64,000 nucleotides of DNA. It comes from Hydrolagus affinis (Eukaryota). Under the pieces are notes generated by a model. That model was not told where the DNA came from and did no database searches. It worked only from the letters and a program-made list of their open reading frames with translations. The position numbers and the translations under genes were made by a program. The DNA lies in NCBI GenBank assembly GCA_012026655.1, contig JAAILG010000224.1:1-64000 (forward strand), read 5' to 3'. This document shows positions 35,733-49,360 of the stretch, in pieces; within the stretch, counting starts at the first letter, position 1, and each line of letters begins with the position of its first letter.

Positions 35733-38700
35733 CTATAATTATTAAATTATAACAGTCTAATATATAAATTGTGTTTTTTTGTCACTTTTTAAAATTTATT
35801 TTAATCTAAACTTCTCAATTATATGCTACTAATAATCACCACTGTTTTAAACCAAAGCCTAATGGGCAATTTCCAGGTTTTGGACATATTCTTCATTGGA
35901 CCTGTACATTTTATTATCAGTGTTGGCACATCATTTGGCAGCAAGCTCTCACAGTTTCCTCTGAATGGCCAATGTAATCAAATTCTCTTCAACATGGCCA
36001 TAGCTGTCACTGCAGAAACTAGGTAACTTATTTAGTGGTGATTTTATCGGGGCATGCTTCATTTTGAATGTTTCACAGTGGAAAACTACATCATATCCAA
36101 ACTATTATTGTAATATTTATTCTATAGGGGCAAGACGCTTTATGTCATCATAATGCCTGAATTCCATAGAATTTATGTTTACTAGTTTTCATGGTTTATA
36201 TTTCAGAGGGCCGCAAATACAAATTCATTAGAAATCCATTTCTCAGCACAATGGGAAACAATATGCCTCCTGCCACTAAATCCAGCATTGTTTGTCTCTA
36301 TACGCTTAAGCGAGCAGCCGTTGCGTTCCACTGTGGCTTCATCTGAGGAATTCACAAATACCGTCTAATTCGTAAATGTCACAAAATGCTAATCATGCAT
36401 TAAAAAAAACAGCAATTTAGGAAAAAGGCTGGATAGCAAGTTACCAATGATTCAATTCATAAATAACACAATCCCATCTTGTATTGAATATCATACATTA
36501 AACCCCAATATTGTTTTTCTATCCTTTTTGGCAGCCCAACAGCAATTGGTAGTAACGTGAATCCACTGTACCGTTTTTCCATATGGATATCAACAGGGGA
36601 ACATACAGTAATACATCAAAATAACAAGCACTTTTTTTTAATGAATTACATCATATACATGTGGTGGGGGGCAGTGTCTCAAATAAGTGATGCTGAAACT
36701 TTCTTTTGCAATCAGTGTTGGCGAAAGGTTAGATTTCACTCAACACTGAGCACTATAAATGGCTTTTTTTTCATTTTAATAACAACTTGCATTTATATAG
36801 CATTTCCATGTAAATCTAAATGTGTTGAAGAGCTTCTCAACATTGATTGATTAGAAATGAAGGCAATGTATTTTACAGGCAAACCCAGCAGCTAATCCAT
36901 GCAAGCACCGTCCCATAAACAGCAATGAAAAGACCAACCAATTAATTAGTATTTCAGAGTAAATTTGGTTGAGACGTTTATGAGTTTATAATGTGAAATC
37001 CCATCAGTATTTTTTATGATTTATGTATGGTAGGCCATCACTGTAGATAGAGACCACAAGGTACAGAAAATTGTGTAATTTATTTGTTCTTTATTACTTA
37101 AAGTCACTCTAGTATACTGTACTTGGGAAATAGCTTGATGGAATTTCTATGGACATCATTATCTGTACTTATAATCGCATGGCTTTCAAGACTGGATTTA
37201 AGACTTTTCCACAAATCTTACATTTCAATGCAAATGGACTTGCAGGTTAAAACTAGCTATAATTTTGGACCTCTGACTTGCACTATTCTTTGCACCATTC
37301 CTTTACATTATGATTTTTTTCCTGCCCAGTTACTCAGCCAGTTATCAACGTGCTATTAGATGGGGTTTCTGGCATACCGAATATGAAAATCCAAAGCCTC
37401 CCCCTTGTGCTTGTAACGGAAGCAAACTTTATTTTTGCTGCAAAGAAGACTGACATAAACCAGTTTTTCCTCCAGTACAAGCATTGCTAAGAATTCAATA
37501 TGTTGGTTTAGTGAAGGTAATATTAACTTGTCCTGTGCTGCATTTTAAAGGGAGAGGAGGCATGTGAGCTGAAACATACCAGACAGAAACTGGCATGTCA
37601 TATTATTGAAATTGGCACAAAAGGCTCTCTGCGTCGATTTTTATACAGCCGAGAAGTGGCTGCTGTAGGACCATTGCTATTCCACAAAGAAAATCGTATG
37701 ATTCAATAAGCTGGTTTCTGAATTTTCTGTTCCCAAAGGTATAACTGATCGCTGCACCAGAGCGTTTCTGAATAAAAGTGTTTGTATACACAGTGTATAC
37801 AAGCAACTGAGTTTCACGTTTTGTAGCTTAAGATGGGAGAATATCCACTCGACTAAGTGAATAGCTGCTCGATGCTACACTGAAACTGCACAAATGACGA
37901 GAAAGATTGCATTCAGGTCATTGCGTGCAACAAGAAATTCTGCTCCTGTTATACAGACATAGTCATTGTTTAAAACAGCCCTGTGCAAAGCGGGAGATCT
38001 TTATTAGGTGCTTAGTAAAAGCGAGAAGCATACGTGGATATCAGCAAACAAAAGAGAAGCATTTGCAATGTCCATAATAGAGCCTGTTTACCATGTCCAT
38101 TAGGAAAGAGGCTTTGAAGCCTATAAAGCCTGAAGTAGAGGATTAGGCAGCAGGGCTACATCTGTCAACATGTCCCAGAAATACCTCCAAACCTCTGTTT
38201 CTCCCAGAATTGCATAGCCAGATGAGGCAGATAATGCTCACTTCATACCTGACTAATCCCAGGTTTATAGGCTACTGGAGGACAGGTCAGTATGCAATCA
38301 TACGTGTGATGTGTTTGTCTCCTCTCGGCTGGATACGTTTCATCTGTTTCATTCTTATTAACCTTCTGAAGACTGGATGGGGTTTGGCATTCATTGCCAG
38401 GAACCGCATATGTTTTCAGTGTGCGTCCTCCACTAAAAACACCTCCCTAAATAGCACAGCTCTGAATACAAGTCGTGCACAGGTGCAAACAATCTCGAGT
38501 TATGGTGCAGTCTGAGGTAACTGGAAACTGTTAAGCACAACTAAGTGAACACTATGTTGAATCTTACCGAATCTATTAAAAGTCAAGTTTGTGTCTGCAG
38601 AGAATAACATGTCTTCCAATTTCAGGAAGTCATTGCATTTGACTTTCATTGCATTTTCAGGCTTTGTTCTCTAGTAATGCTTTGGGATTTAACGTTGCCC

Positions 38701-39649
38701 GAATTAGAATACATCCAGTTAAATACTCCTTAAGACTGACAGGCCTAGTTCCTCTATATTTGTACAATGATACCTACCGCAGCCATGTTGATTCATGTAA
38801 AACTGACTCCATTAACCTACGGTTTGCTGGCATCTTTAGAGACCCAGGCGCAGGTGTGCACATTCGTTAAATAATTAGAAATAGCAAACAAAAAGTTTAA
38901 ATTGTTGTTCAGTTTAACTGTTCAGGAGACGTTAAAATATATTCCACCACCTTAGCTGCAAAAAAACCTCTCAAATAAAATGGTTCCAGGAGTTGTACAG
39001 CACACATTCTGCGATTTTAAGCTTAGTGTCTTGACTGTCAAGCGTTGAAAAGGCTCTCAAAACATGAGGATTAAGCCAAAAGAGGCAACATTTTTATATG
39101 CCCCCTTCAGTTAAAGGGTTTGTATCATCCTGTAGCACAGAACTGCCTCAGGCCAATTTAGGCCTTCGACAACATGGCAGGAGTGAAGGCTTTGACTGTT
39201 ACACATTAGGGTAAAGTACAATAATTGTTAACCATGTACATTTCAGTATTAATAGTTCATAAAGTCATACCGAGAAGGGAAAAGAAAGAGAACATTTGCC
39301 CCCCAAAGGACTATTATCCTGTTACACTGGACACTTGATGAATGCGCTTCATTGTTCTCCTTCCTATTCACAGTTTTTACAGTAGGAAAAGTTTTTCCAT
39401 ATTACACATTTTCTCCGCCAGCAGGTGTTTGCTCAGAGGTTTCACCCTGGGAAATATTGCACCGTTGTGTGGAATATTTCTCTTCCCTGATAATAGCTAC
39501 TCGTTTTCGTTCTCAAGTCTCTGCCATGAGAATTATCCCATCTTGTTCTATTGACGGATTGTAGAACTCCTGTCTCAACAAAGCTTGACGTTCAAGCTTT
39601 GTTTAATACAACGCACAATGCTTTCTATGCTACTGGGGCTGGAGGGGTA

Positions 39650-39890
39650 GGTGTCAACTGTGTGGGGCAGCTGGTCAAGGTTGAATGGTGGAGTTGTAGA
39701 GCTGAATAAATATTCTAGAGTTTCATTTGATTACCTTTGGGGATCAGGAAGTATTTATGCAACACTCTCCTTCTGGAGATTAAATAGGTCGTCTACAAAC
39801 TATGACAGGGCACATTGTACGTGGTCTGGGATGGAGTTGGACTGATGAGTTTAATAGAGCTTTTTAAAAATCTATGCTTTCTTATATTTA
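39650..39890 (+). mobile_element. Old CR1 3' fragment
   Basis: GTCAACTGTGTGGGGCAGCT...GGAGTTGTAGAG and a tail ending TCTATGCTTTCT. Confidence 0.5.
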
Positions 39891-40195
39891 TGATGCTATA
39901 ATAATATTTTTGAAGAGTTTAAAGATGCAATCCAAATAGTTTCTTTAAATCGGTTCTACCACATCACTACAACAAACCATTGGAGTGGGTTCCGTGACTG
40001 ACTACCTGTTGAATTGGCCCAGGAGAATTTCACAGAGGATTGATTCCATTACAACTCGAACATACCTCCTTTTAGCACTTTTAAAGACTGTCAGAAATGT
40101 CAAAATAATTGCATCAGCTACCAAATGAAAATCCAAATGATAGCATAAAAGAAAGGAAGGTACCAAAGCACATATAGAGGACTAAAATAATCAGT

Positions 40196-40201
40196 TTTAT
40201 T
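40196..40201 (-). promoter_or_regulatory. Candidate distal polyadenylation signal of TTLL7
   Basis: Minus-strand AATAAA followed by U/GU-rich sequence (TATGTGCTTTGGTACCTTCCTTTCTTTT), at the edge of the repeat-poor block. Confidence 0.45.
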
Positions 40202-43200
40202 ATATAATACATTACATTAGTGGCATTCACTATTCTTCACAAAATTACATTCAGAACATTAACTTAGAATTCACAAGTTACAGGCTAATTGCATTGTAAG
40301 CGCAGTTCCTACAACTTAGCCTAGTTTCTGTACAGAATACCAGTCCAAAGTGGCGGCACAATTTGAGCGGCAGTCAAAGTCATGCCAATATGTGCCAGTG
40401 GTGTTGCTTTCTCTATGGGCTGTACATGCCAGTGTAAGCAGCAAAAGAAATGTTTCATACCATTTGTAAAATATATTTCTCTGTTTGTACACATTGTTCC
40501 TGCATTTCCAGCACAGATTAAGGAACAGGAAATGAGAGCACAGCCTTGCTGGGGATAATCATTTTACACTGTACAACATGTGTAAGTTGCTAATTGCAGC
40601 AAAAAGCATGAAAATGCTCATGAATTCAGCCAAGAATTACTTTCATAGCCATAAAGTGGAACTGTTTTTATTTTCGAAAATGGGCTTTATAGCATACTCT
40701 GACACATTAAAGTCCATTGGTGTATACAGCAGATTGCAAAACACAACTGTACATATAGCACTAGTAATTTGTTGAATTTTGCCACACTTAATTCAAGCTG
40801 AAGTATTTAAATAATATATTTTTAAATAAGATATTTAGCTCACCTTTTTTCTGGGCCTAACAAGATTTTTTGGTTCCTATTGATATTTAAAAAGGTTCAC
40901 GTATCATTTATGAACATTAACCACAAGAGATTAATCCATGTGAATTATTTTCATGTAGCTGAAATATTAACAATGCAAAGTGCAGTACTGAACCATACAG
41001 ACTACACTATAATTATACAGTGTCCAGCTTTGATCCCTAGTTTGTGCTGTGTTAATGGGGCTGGTAGATAGGTGTGCAACAATTGACCTCTACATCCGTG
41101 GGATAAGAAGGGGAAAAGGTCTGTCCTGATCGCTGTCCCAATAAAAATGCCTCCACCCATCCATTCTAAGGTCAAAGAGTCTGGCAACATTTGCTCGTGA
41201 GCCTCATATCCAAAGGGTGTGCCTTTGAGCAAGCATAAAAAAGCAATTTCATTTACTGAACCATCACCTAGCATTAGATTCTGGTGCAATAAGCAAAAGG
41301 AGACAATTGGAAATATTACAGTGATTTTACAGAACAATTGCACAAACAAAGGCATTTGACTTTACGAACAAGGGACTCAAATCCAATAAATCCCTCCTGA
41401 AGATAGATGATTTCAGCAATTTTTTTTACCAATATGCAAAAGGCAAATGAAGAATACATTATTGGCAGAAATCAAACATTGTGTCCTTTCTTTAAAGATG
41501 TGTTTCACTCTACAGTCAAGCATCAGGATTTTCTAAAACTTGCAAACGGAATACTTTTCTAACAAATGTGCTTTTCATTTGGAATTCACACAGTACATTT
41601 CCATTGGCTGTGGAAATTACCTTTAGCAAAATAACTGCATTGGAACAAAACCAAGTGTGTGCTCTTAAACAAACTACATTATACAATGGTTCTAAAATGT
41701 TTCAATTTAAAGCACAGTACAAAAGGGCCACCAGCTTCCTACATTTGATGTACCTTTTGCCTGTTAATCTAGTGTTACATTTGTTATCTCTAAACCCAAT
41801 GGTGCGTTTTGATTATCCATCAATCCATATTAGAGTGGCTTCATAACTGCTCTAATTATTTTTAAGCGCTCTAAATGGTCAGTACATTTCATGTTGCCAT
41901 GAAGCAGAGCACAAAGCTCTTGACTGGTCCATTTAGCAGCCCCAAAAAGCAATTATTTATAAAAACGAGGCTTTGCAATGGTGCTGCAGAAACACAAGTA
42001 CTTCAATGGCCTACTAATTATTCAAATTGGTCAGGTGAAGAGCAAAGTAATGTCCAGTTTCTCACGCCACTCTTCAGTTTAAAAAAGGCCCCTTATTCCA
42101 TTGTGTTTAATGGCATTTTTCTGATGTTGGTAGAATGATTGAATAATCATATTTACCTTTGATGTTTGAAAATAGTATTTTTTAACAATGGTAAATAGCC
42201 GTCTAGATAGTGAATTAGGAGACGTGGTTAGGACGTTTAGAATTTTATGCTCCCAGACATTGCATTGAGTTTAGATCTGGATGACCTGAACCGAAAAGCA
42301 ACTTCCCCGGGGTTTAAACAGAGGGCTGCCCTGGAGTTGGCTCATGTGCCTGGAGGGATTAAACTGCCTACTCAAAGCAAGCCTCGAGGTTTGTTTTCAA
42401 ACTGAAAACGACAGGAGATCTGCATCAAGGTAGTATAAACCACTTGATACAAACCTCCTGCTTCACAGCCCTGGAGAACTCGGGAGGTCAAGCGAGGGGG
42501 GACTTTACACCGAATGGTTTATTCGGAATCAATTGTACTGCAAACTCACAATGAATGTGAATTAGTTACACCACGTAAAGAACATGGCTGATAGCATCCT
42601 TGCTACCCAAATAAAAATGTGAAACTAGGAATCAATTTGCTCAGGTTAAAATTGCTGCATTATTCTCATCATTTTGTAACTCTGATGCTCATTATTATTA
42701 TTTTTAAATTAGGACAATCTATTGACTGATATCTTGTTAAAGGCTTTAAAACTACACAGAATTAGATGTTATTGTTTACCTGGTAACACGCCTGGAAGTC
42801 ATTTATAATATAATTTACTAGAAAGCCAATTAAGGATTTTTTAAAAAAATTACTGAAGTAGAAGCGTTTTTTTAAATATGTGGAAAGATTGGTTTATGTT
42901 GCTGGTATCTCCTGGGCATCCACTTTAACAACCTCTATGCTGTGCTCTTAGTGTGGTTTCAGAGCTGTATTGAACCTGATCGCAGACATTCGTTCCTTAT
43001 GGAAACTGTTCTGGCAGCTTTCATCACATCATGGCAGGCTGCTGTTGTAATGGCGAAACCGTCTGCAGCTGCTAGCAGGAGCTGACTTCTTGTTCCAACA
43101 GTCCTAGGAGCTGAAATATTCTTAACCTGAAAAGCCATTTCGAAATGGCATTAACTGTTTGACAGTTTAACAGCTTCCTGTGTGCTCAAGGTCTCGTGGG

Positions 43201-44246
43201 AAATGTAAAGAGGGTTTACAATCTAGATTTTCCTGCGTGGTATATAATCAGAAAAAACAGAGATGCTGATGCCAATCAGAGCTAGCTAGCACTGTAGAAT
43301 GTCTATAGTCAAGGCCACAGGTCATGAACTACAGGGAAGTACTATTTATTGTTGCTGGTTTATTTCACTAAAACAGAACATAACTCAGTGTTTAGGACTT
43401 ATGGAGCCCAATTTAAAGTCAAAATGCCCTTTATTATGATAAGCCAAAACTTAAAGACATATTACATCATGTCACAAACACCATCAGGAGATTAAAATGC
43501 AAAAAAAAATCATTTTATGCATCCACGAAAAATAGTTTTAATCTTCAGTGATGCGTGTGAACATTTAAATACTTTGAATTATATTAGAATGTGAAAGCTT
43601 TATTTAAAACACATCCTATCTGCTTAGACCACAACATCACGCAATGAAGAACTGTAAACATTTCTATTCTTTGACAAGGAAGGGAGCACTTCTACAGGTT
43701 AATGTTTCCACTGCTGCCCATCCATCTCCAGCCACACAGGTAACTTTGCAGACATGGTGCCTGGCATTTGTGCAACCATGCTTGGCGTTTTGGGCACCAG
43801 ATATCAGTTTACCCAAACAAGGCATATAATACTGCCCAATGTGCTGTCTTAATAAATCGATGAGCTCTGAACCAAACATGACTGTTATAAAGAGAACATC
43901 TGACACCTGCTGGTAAGATGAGATATGTCAAGCAAGGACAGTGCCAGAGTGCATCAGTAAACACAAGGTTACTCTGAATTTCATGAATTCTCACTCAGGG
44001 TTTTTACACCTATAGAAAGGGTAATAATATGTAGAAGAAGTTTTTTTTTAAATTTAATGGCACCTGTATCTAAAGCTAAGCTAGGTTCAAATCCAATTCT
44101 TTAAAAATTTAATCTGTTCAACATACATATATGAATCTATGTTAAATATAAAACGTTTTCCCCCTCCAAACTACTCTACAGTTCTTAAGAAGCTTCTAAA
44201 TAAACATACTTTCATCCAGTAGAACCAATACTTAATCAAATTACAT

Positions 44247-44252
44247 TTTATT
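44247..44252 (-). promoter_or_regulatory. Candidate proximal polyadenylation signal of TTLL7
   Basis: Minus-strand AATAAA with U-rich flanks, about 2.25 kb after the stop. Confidence 0.4.
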
Positions 44253-46504
44253 GAAATGTACCTGAAATGCCTTGAGCTTTACGATTGGTCTGATTATTAA
44301 AAAGCCTAGAATTTGATTGTCTTTATCAACAACAGAAGCTGACAAAAGAAAAACAGTCTTTGGAATTTGATTTTGGCTTTCCTTGGTGTGTATGTTGCTG
44401 CAATGGATGGTACAGTGACCACACACATACCATCGGCCTGGGTGATTTGAAAGGGAAAGGAACCTGAAAACTTTGTGCCACATATAAAGAGCTGGGTGCG
44501 CAGATGTCCCTTCACAACAAATCAAATCAGATGTTCTGCTTCAGTCAAGTCCTTGTCTTCTGCAACAAGAATCATAAGTAGTGATAAGCTGTCAACTGTT
44601 ACAGCTGTAAATTGTATGGATGACTAATCTCAGATATCTTCATTTACTGTAGAAAGTCTAGTCTTCTTGTATCACCTTCATGTCACATTTTAATGTGTGC
44701 TATTGCAACAAAGCAGAGCATCTTTCACTATAGCTGGGAGTATTGCTTCCCCACCTTCTGAGGAAAACAATCAGTGGCCTCTACATTTTTAAAGAAATTA
44801 CCATTATTGATGGAAGTATTGACCGATGGCTCAGAAACCTGGCCGGCTCGCTCAAGGGGGGAAATTGACAGATGTGATGAGGCACTCTGCAATGCCTTTC
44901 TATGGCATATAAACTTCAACTGGCAGGGACACTTTACATGAGCTATTCTGCAGGGATATCTTCCAAAGTCATTCACTAATATAATTGTCATTTTGGGCCC
45001 CGATGGACAAATACCATTCACCTCTTTAAAAAAAAATGGTATTTGCCCTGAGACAGTGAAATATGTAGCATTCATACTCACTGATCAAACAATCGGTCTG
45101 TGGCACAATGGAAGAACACTCATCATTTGAAATGCCAACATGCTTCATAACAGCATTAGATTTTCTATTAGAAAGGCAGCTTGCATCAATGGAGAGTATA
45201 TCTATATTATTATAATGTCGTGATTTGCAAAAAAAAAACATCATTTCACCTTGACAAGTTTCACTTGTTCCTGCAATTCTTTTTTTCGAAGGAACAAAAT
45301 CATTCATTGGCAGCTACACTCTTTCACTTCATGATAATGAAACAACATTTACTTGTAACCACTGAATAACATTAAAATGTTGTCCTTGGGAGTACTCTGA
45401 CCTATGTTGCAAAACTATTTGATGCTCAAATCTACCAGCCCAATAAAGGCTGGGTTTCACTGCCTATTGGTTTTGATTTGTGCTGGCAGCGATAGAGAGG
45501 GGGTGACCCATGATCCTACCAAACGACAAAGTGGAAAGAATCGCTAAGATACTTTCAGCTCAATGACCCCTTCAATTGAAGCAAACTGCTGTGAGGGACA
45601 CTGCATGGCAAGCAAAATAAATCTGTCCTGCAATAAAATAAAAATAAGCTACTAGCATTAAATTAGTAAACCTGCAGCAATGAATGAGTTAAGATACCAA
45701 CTAGAAATCATTAATATGCAATGACAGCATGATGAACTGCTGCTATATTTTGCTTTGAAAATACTAGAAACCAGTTTTTTTTAAAAAAAACGAATCTTGA
45801 ACTCTGGGTAGATTCACATTAATTGCAGCATAACTAAATTTAAATTAAGTCAAAGTGCCAATGATGTCAAAAAACTGTATTTTTCTTGTCAGCTCCCACT
45901 CTTGCAAATTACTGTTCAAATAAGATAAATAATAGGGTCTGATCTCTTCATTTCATGGCAAATTCACCAAGTAGTGACTCAAATTGAGGGGGTGATTTTC
46001 CTTATCCTGGTTACATTTAGCCGTCTTGGTGGATAAGAGCATCTGATTCTCTGTTGATCAATAAATCTTCTGACCTTGGTCGTTGGATCAAATGCAAGAA
46101 ATATTATTATTAATATTATAATAATGGGAAAATCAACTTGGTAAAATTTGCCAACGATCTGAAAGTCAGCCCCGTATAGATATATGAGCACCAAATAAAT
46201 AAGTCAAGCAATTGCAAAAATTAGCAGCACAAAGAATAACTCTGAATCGCTATGAATCTTAAAATAGCTAGTTCTGAACAACAGCAAAACTTCCCCCAAA
46301 TTCCTGTAAACACTTGGACAATTCATAGCCGTACTGAAATTCAATTCAGCTTTTCTCCTGCTAAACAACGTTGTTGTGGTGCATGGGGGATGGGGGCGGG
46401 GAGAGCAAATCGAGTCACATTCCCAAGGTAAGGAATGTCACGAAAGTTTAGAGATATTGGCTTGCGACATGCCGGTATTTACAGAGTATTAGAAAATGTG
46501 CAGC

Positions 46505-46625
46505 TCAGAACTGGTTAAGCCTGGCTGTATACAGACTCCGAGAGCGAGGCAATCCTGCTGGGCTACGGGTGATGCTTGTGGGTAGTGTTTTCATGCTGAA
46601 CTGGAATCCTGTCAGTGGTAAATAC
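46505..46625 (-). CDS. TTLL7: Tubulin polyglutamylase TTLL7, terminal coding exon
   Basis: Acceptor tgttttgatgtttattccag, phase 2; (R)YLPLTGFQFSMKTLPTSITRSPAGLPRSRSLYTARLNQF*. Length and pattern fit the mammalian end RYLLPGSTQFFLRTP...TSRYGHL as recalled. Confidence 0.85.
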
Positions 46626-46949
46626 CTGGAATAAACATCAAAACAATCACATTTTCGTAAAACAACTATATGGCATCATCTAGTTAATCTGCTAGTCAAA
46701 GGCAAACTTGTGTTGTGTGGTTCTCTGGAGGAACCTTGAGGCCTGATTTCTCTATTTGTTACAAAATATGGAAAGTTTGCCGTAATTCATCGAAAGCTTA
46801 ACACTCCCCACACTTTGCATGGCAAATCCTTGCAGTACAATGCATGCCTTGCTTAAACCTTATAACTCTACAATGACACTCAATCACTCTACTGCAGTGC
46901 ATCATTGCCAGCGGTGTATTCCATCAGATGTTGTTTGGCCCAGAAAATA

Positions 46950-47090
46950 CCCACTTTGCATTATATCCCCTGAAGCACTTTGAGGTATTTTAATGATGTG
47001 ATAACAACAACAAAATTACACTTTATACAGCGTCTTTCATGTCAGGAGGACGTCCCAAGACTCTATATCAAATGCAAGGATTATTATTAA
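46950..47090 (+). mobile_element. SINE tail with antisense L2-tail insert
   Basis: TGAAGCACTTTGAG...[AACAACAACAAAATTACA...GTCAGGAGGACGTCCCAAG]...CTATATCAAATGCAAGGATTATTATT. Confidence 0.75.
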
Positions 47091-48255
47091 GAATCTTATT
47101 GCACCACAATTGTCCTAGTTGAATTAGCTAATAGAGGTCAGAACTGGGCTGAACCTGAGATCCTGCTAGTCTATATGGCTCAGCTCCACATTTGCCATTA
47201 GCATTTTCAACTGAGCCATCAGCAGAACCTCAATCAAAGATTTTTGCCACAGATTCCCAACTTTTGTAACATTCCCCACCGGAAAGAATGGCATTGTCAG
47301 AGGGAAATTGCTGCTGTGTTAATCAAAATCTAAGTACTGTATGATCAGAAAGTGTGCACGGTATGAATGGAATAAAATTCAACAGTAAAATAATCATATG
47401 CCCATTAATCACTCAAAACACTAATTCCGGATTGCTGAAATTATGTGATCCCTCTTTTTTGCTTGTTTGAATACCAGAAAGCAAGATAGCTGTCTGTCTT
47501 GTGTGGATGTGACTTGTCAGCTGTCCAGCAACGAAGAGATTGTGTAACACTACTGCTGAACTGACACTGAACGTATGGCATACCACAAGTACACATGTCC
47601 TTTCTTTCGCATTGGCCTCATGAGAGCTGTGAGCATCAGCTCAGATTCCTTGGATCTGTATAAAGGAGAATGGGAATTTTGCAGTACTAATCGGCAAATC
47701 TCTTTCCAAAGGAATAATTGTGAGATTGGGTGTAGCCTTTCACCCAGCAACCACGAGGGAAATAGATAATTGTCGCACCTCTAATTTACTGCTAGCTTGT
47801 GCTGAACGTTTATGAATTAGTTTTGGCAGAAATGCTTCACTGCGCAGTTTTTGCTGGTTTTAAAAAAGGGGCATCATTAATTTCAAACAGCAGGTAACTA
47901 CTGGCTTGTCACATGAAATGATACATGAAAAATGTTGTAGCTGCCAATCAGAAAGAGACAACGGGGGGGGGGAAAGCATTTTACTCAAACATCTGTTCAA
48001 TGGCCACAGCACGCAAATTGTGGAAAAAATGAACTTTTTTTTAGCAAAATTAATAAAAATGCAGTCTAGTTGCAAAAATTCACAACCGTCACATTCTGCA
48101 ATGATTAATAAGGCTGATACTGCCAGCCTGAAAATTTCTTTGATTGTTCGTATTGCTGCCTAACAACTGACAGAAATCAGGAGTGCAACATGATTTTGTA
48201 AAGTTATAATGAATACGTCTTTGTACAGACCCCAACGTAAAGAGCAAGAATTTTG

Positions 48256-48358
48256 CAGCAGGTCAGTTAACATCTGAAAGAGAAAGATAGATTATGTTAA
48301 GGAATCACACTCGAAAACTTATCCTCAATTTCTCTTTCAGATGCTGTTCGACCCGCTG
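48256..48358. repeat. Penelope-derived inverted repeat
   Basis: CATCTGAAAGAGAAA and TTTCTCTTTCAGATG form a perfect 15-bp inner stem with imperfect outer arms. Confidence 0.65.
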
Positions 48359-48664
48359 TGCATTCCCAATATTTTCAGCCATATTCAAAGTCAGCGTTTT
48401 TTTAAAAAAATTCTGATGGATAAGTTTCTGGAAACATCAAATTGCAAGTCTTAAACAAACCTGCCAGTCTCTGGCTTTTTTTTATTTTTGCTTAATAGAA
48501 GTTTGAATTCAACACCATTTATTCCCTAATTACAATTTCCCTTTTTTTTTGCTAATTAGAAGAGTAACACTAAACCCAATAATGATTAGAATAAAGTGTT
48601 TGTGACTGATGAGGAAGATCTCAAATGGATGGGGAGGAAGCAGATGAAATTGCAATGCAAATCT

Positions 48665-48770
48665 GATAATATAATAATTATTATATTATAATAATTATAT
48701 TTATTGTATATTATAATAATATATTATATAATGAACTTATCTTTTAATATAATCTTATTATATTATTATA
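48665..48770. repeat. AT-rich low-complexity tract
   Basis: Almost pure A/T, with (TATAA/TATTA)-like units. Confidence 0.9.
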
Positions 48771-49064
48771 GATTTCTGCACCGGTGTGTAGTTTAGGGAC
48801 CAATAAATCCTGGTGCAACTAATGATATATTCACTATTCCACCTGGAAAGGTATAAGTTGTTGCCAACAATGCACTACATTATAAATACAGTATTATAAA
48901 TACAGTACTGTTTCAGAGCAAGTGAAGGATGGAGGGGGTTAAAGGGAGCTTGGATGCCTTGTACATGGGGCTCAAAATAGAGCTCAGGTAGGTTGAAACA
49001 TTTCCCAATAAGAGAATAAATAGTATTGTCTATGTGATTTAAAGTACACAGACATATTGATAAT

Positions 49065-49360
49065 AATTCTTGCATTTGATACAGTGGCTTATAATGTCAT
49101 GATATCTCAAGCTTCATAGAACACAGCAATGTCTCACAAACAGTAATGAAGTAAATGACCATTTTTTTTAAGTTGGGGGGATTTGTTAGCCAGGAGAGCA
49201 AGAGAAATTCCTTTCTCTTTTTGAATCATGCCATGGGATTTTTTCATACACCTGAACAGGAAGACAGGACATTGGATTCACTTTTCGCTGAATGACAGCT
49301 GTTCACACAATGCAGCACTAACCCCAGTACTGCATTGGACTTTCAACCCAGGCTATGAAT
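49065..49360 (-). mobile_element. Ancient DeuSINE copy
   Basis: TGCCATGGGATTTTT..CACCTGAACAG..CAGGACATTGG..TGCAGCAC..CAGTACTGCATTGGA aligns by eye with 14190-14460. Confidence 0.75.

Larger units (their letters stand above)
40180..46504 (-). other. TTLL7: Probable long 3' UTR of TTLL7
   Basis: Follows the stop codon, nearly lacks the SINE/L2 copies common elsewhere, and is U-rich on the minus strand. The end point is inferred. Confidence 0.5.

Noticed and set aside
39400-39530. Minus-strand exon-like segment (GVLQSVNRTRWD...VQYFPG*) as an alternative TTLL7 last exon
   Set aside because: That reading needs a phase-1 donor; the available phase-2 donor gives only RSSTIRQ*. The acceptor is weak and I recognise no homology.
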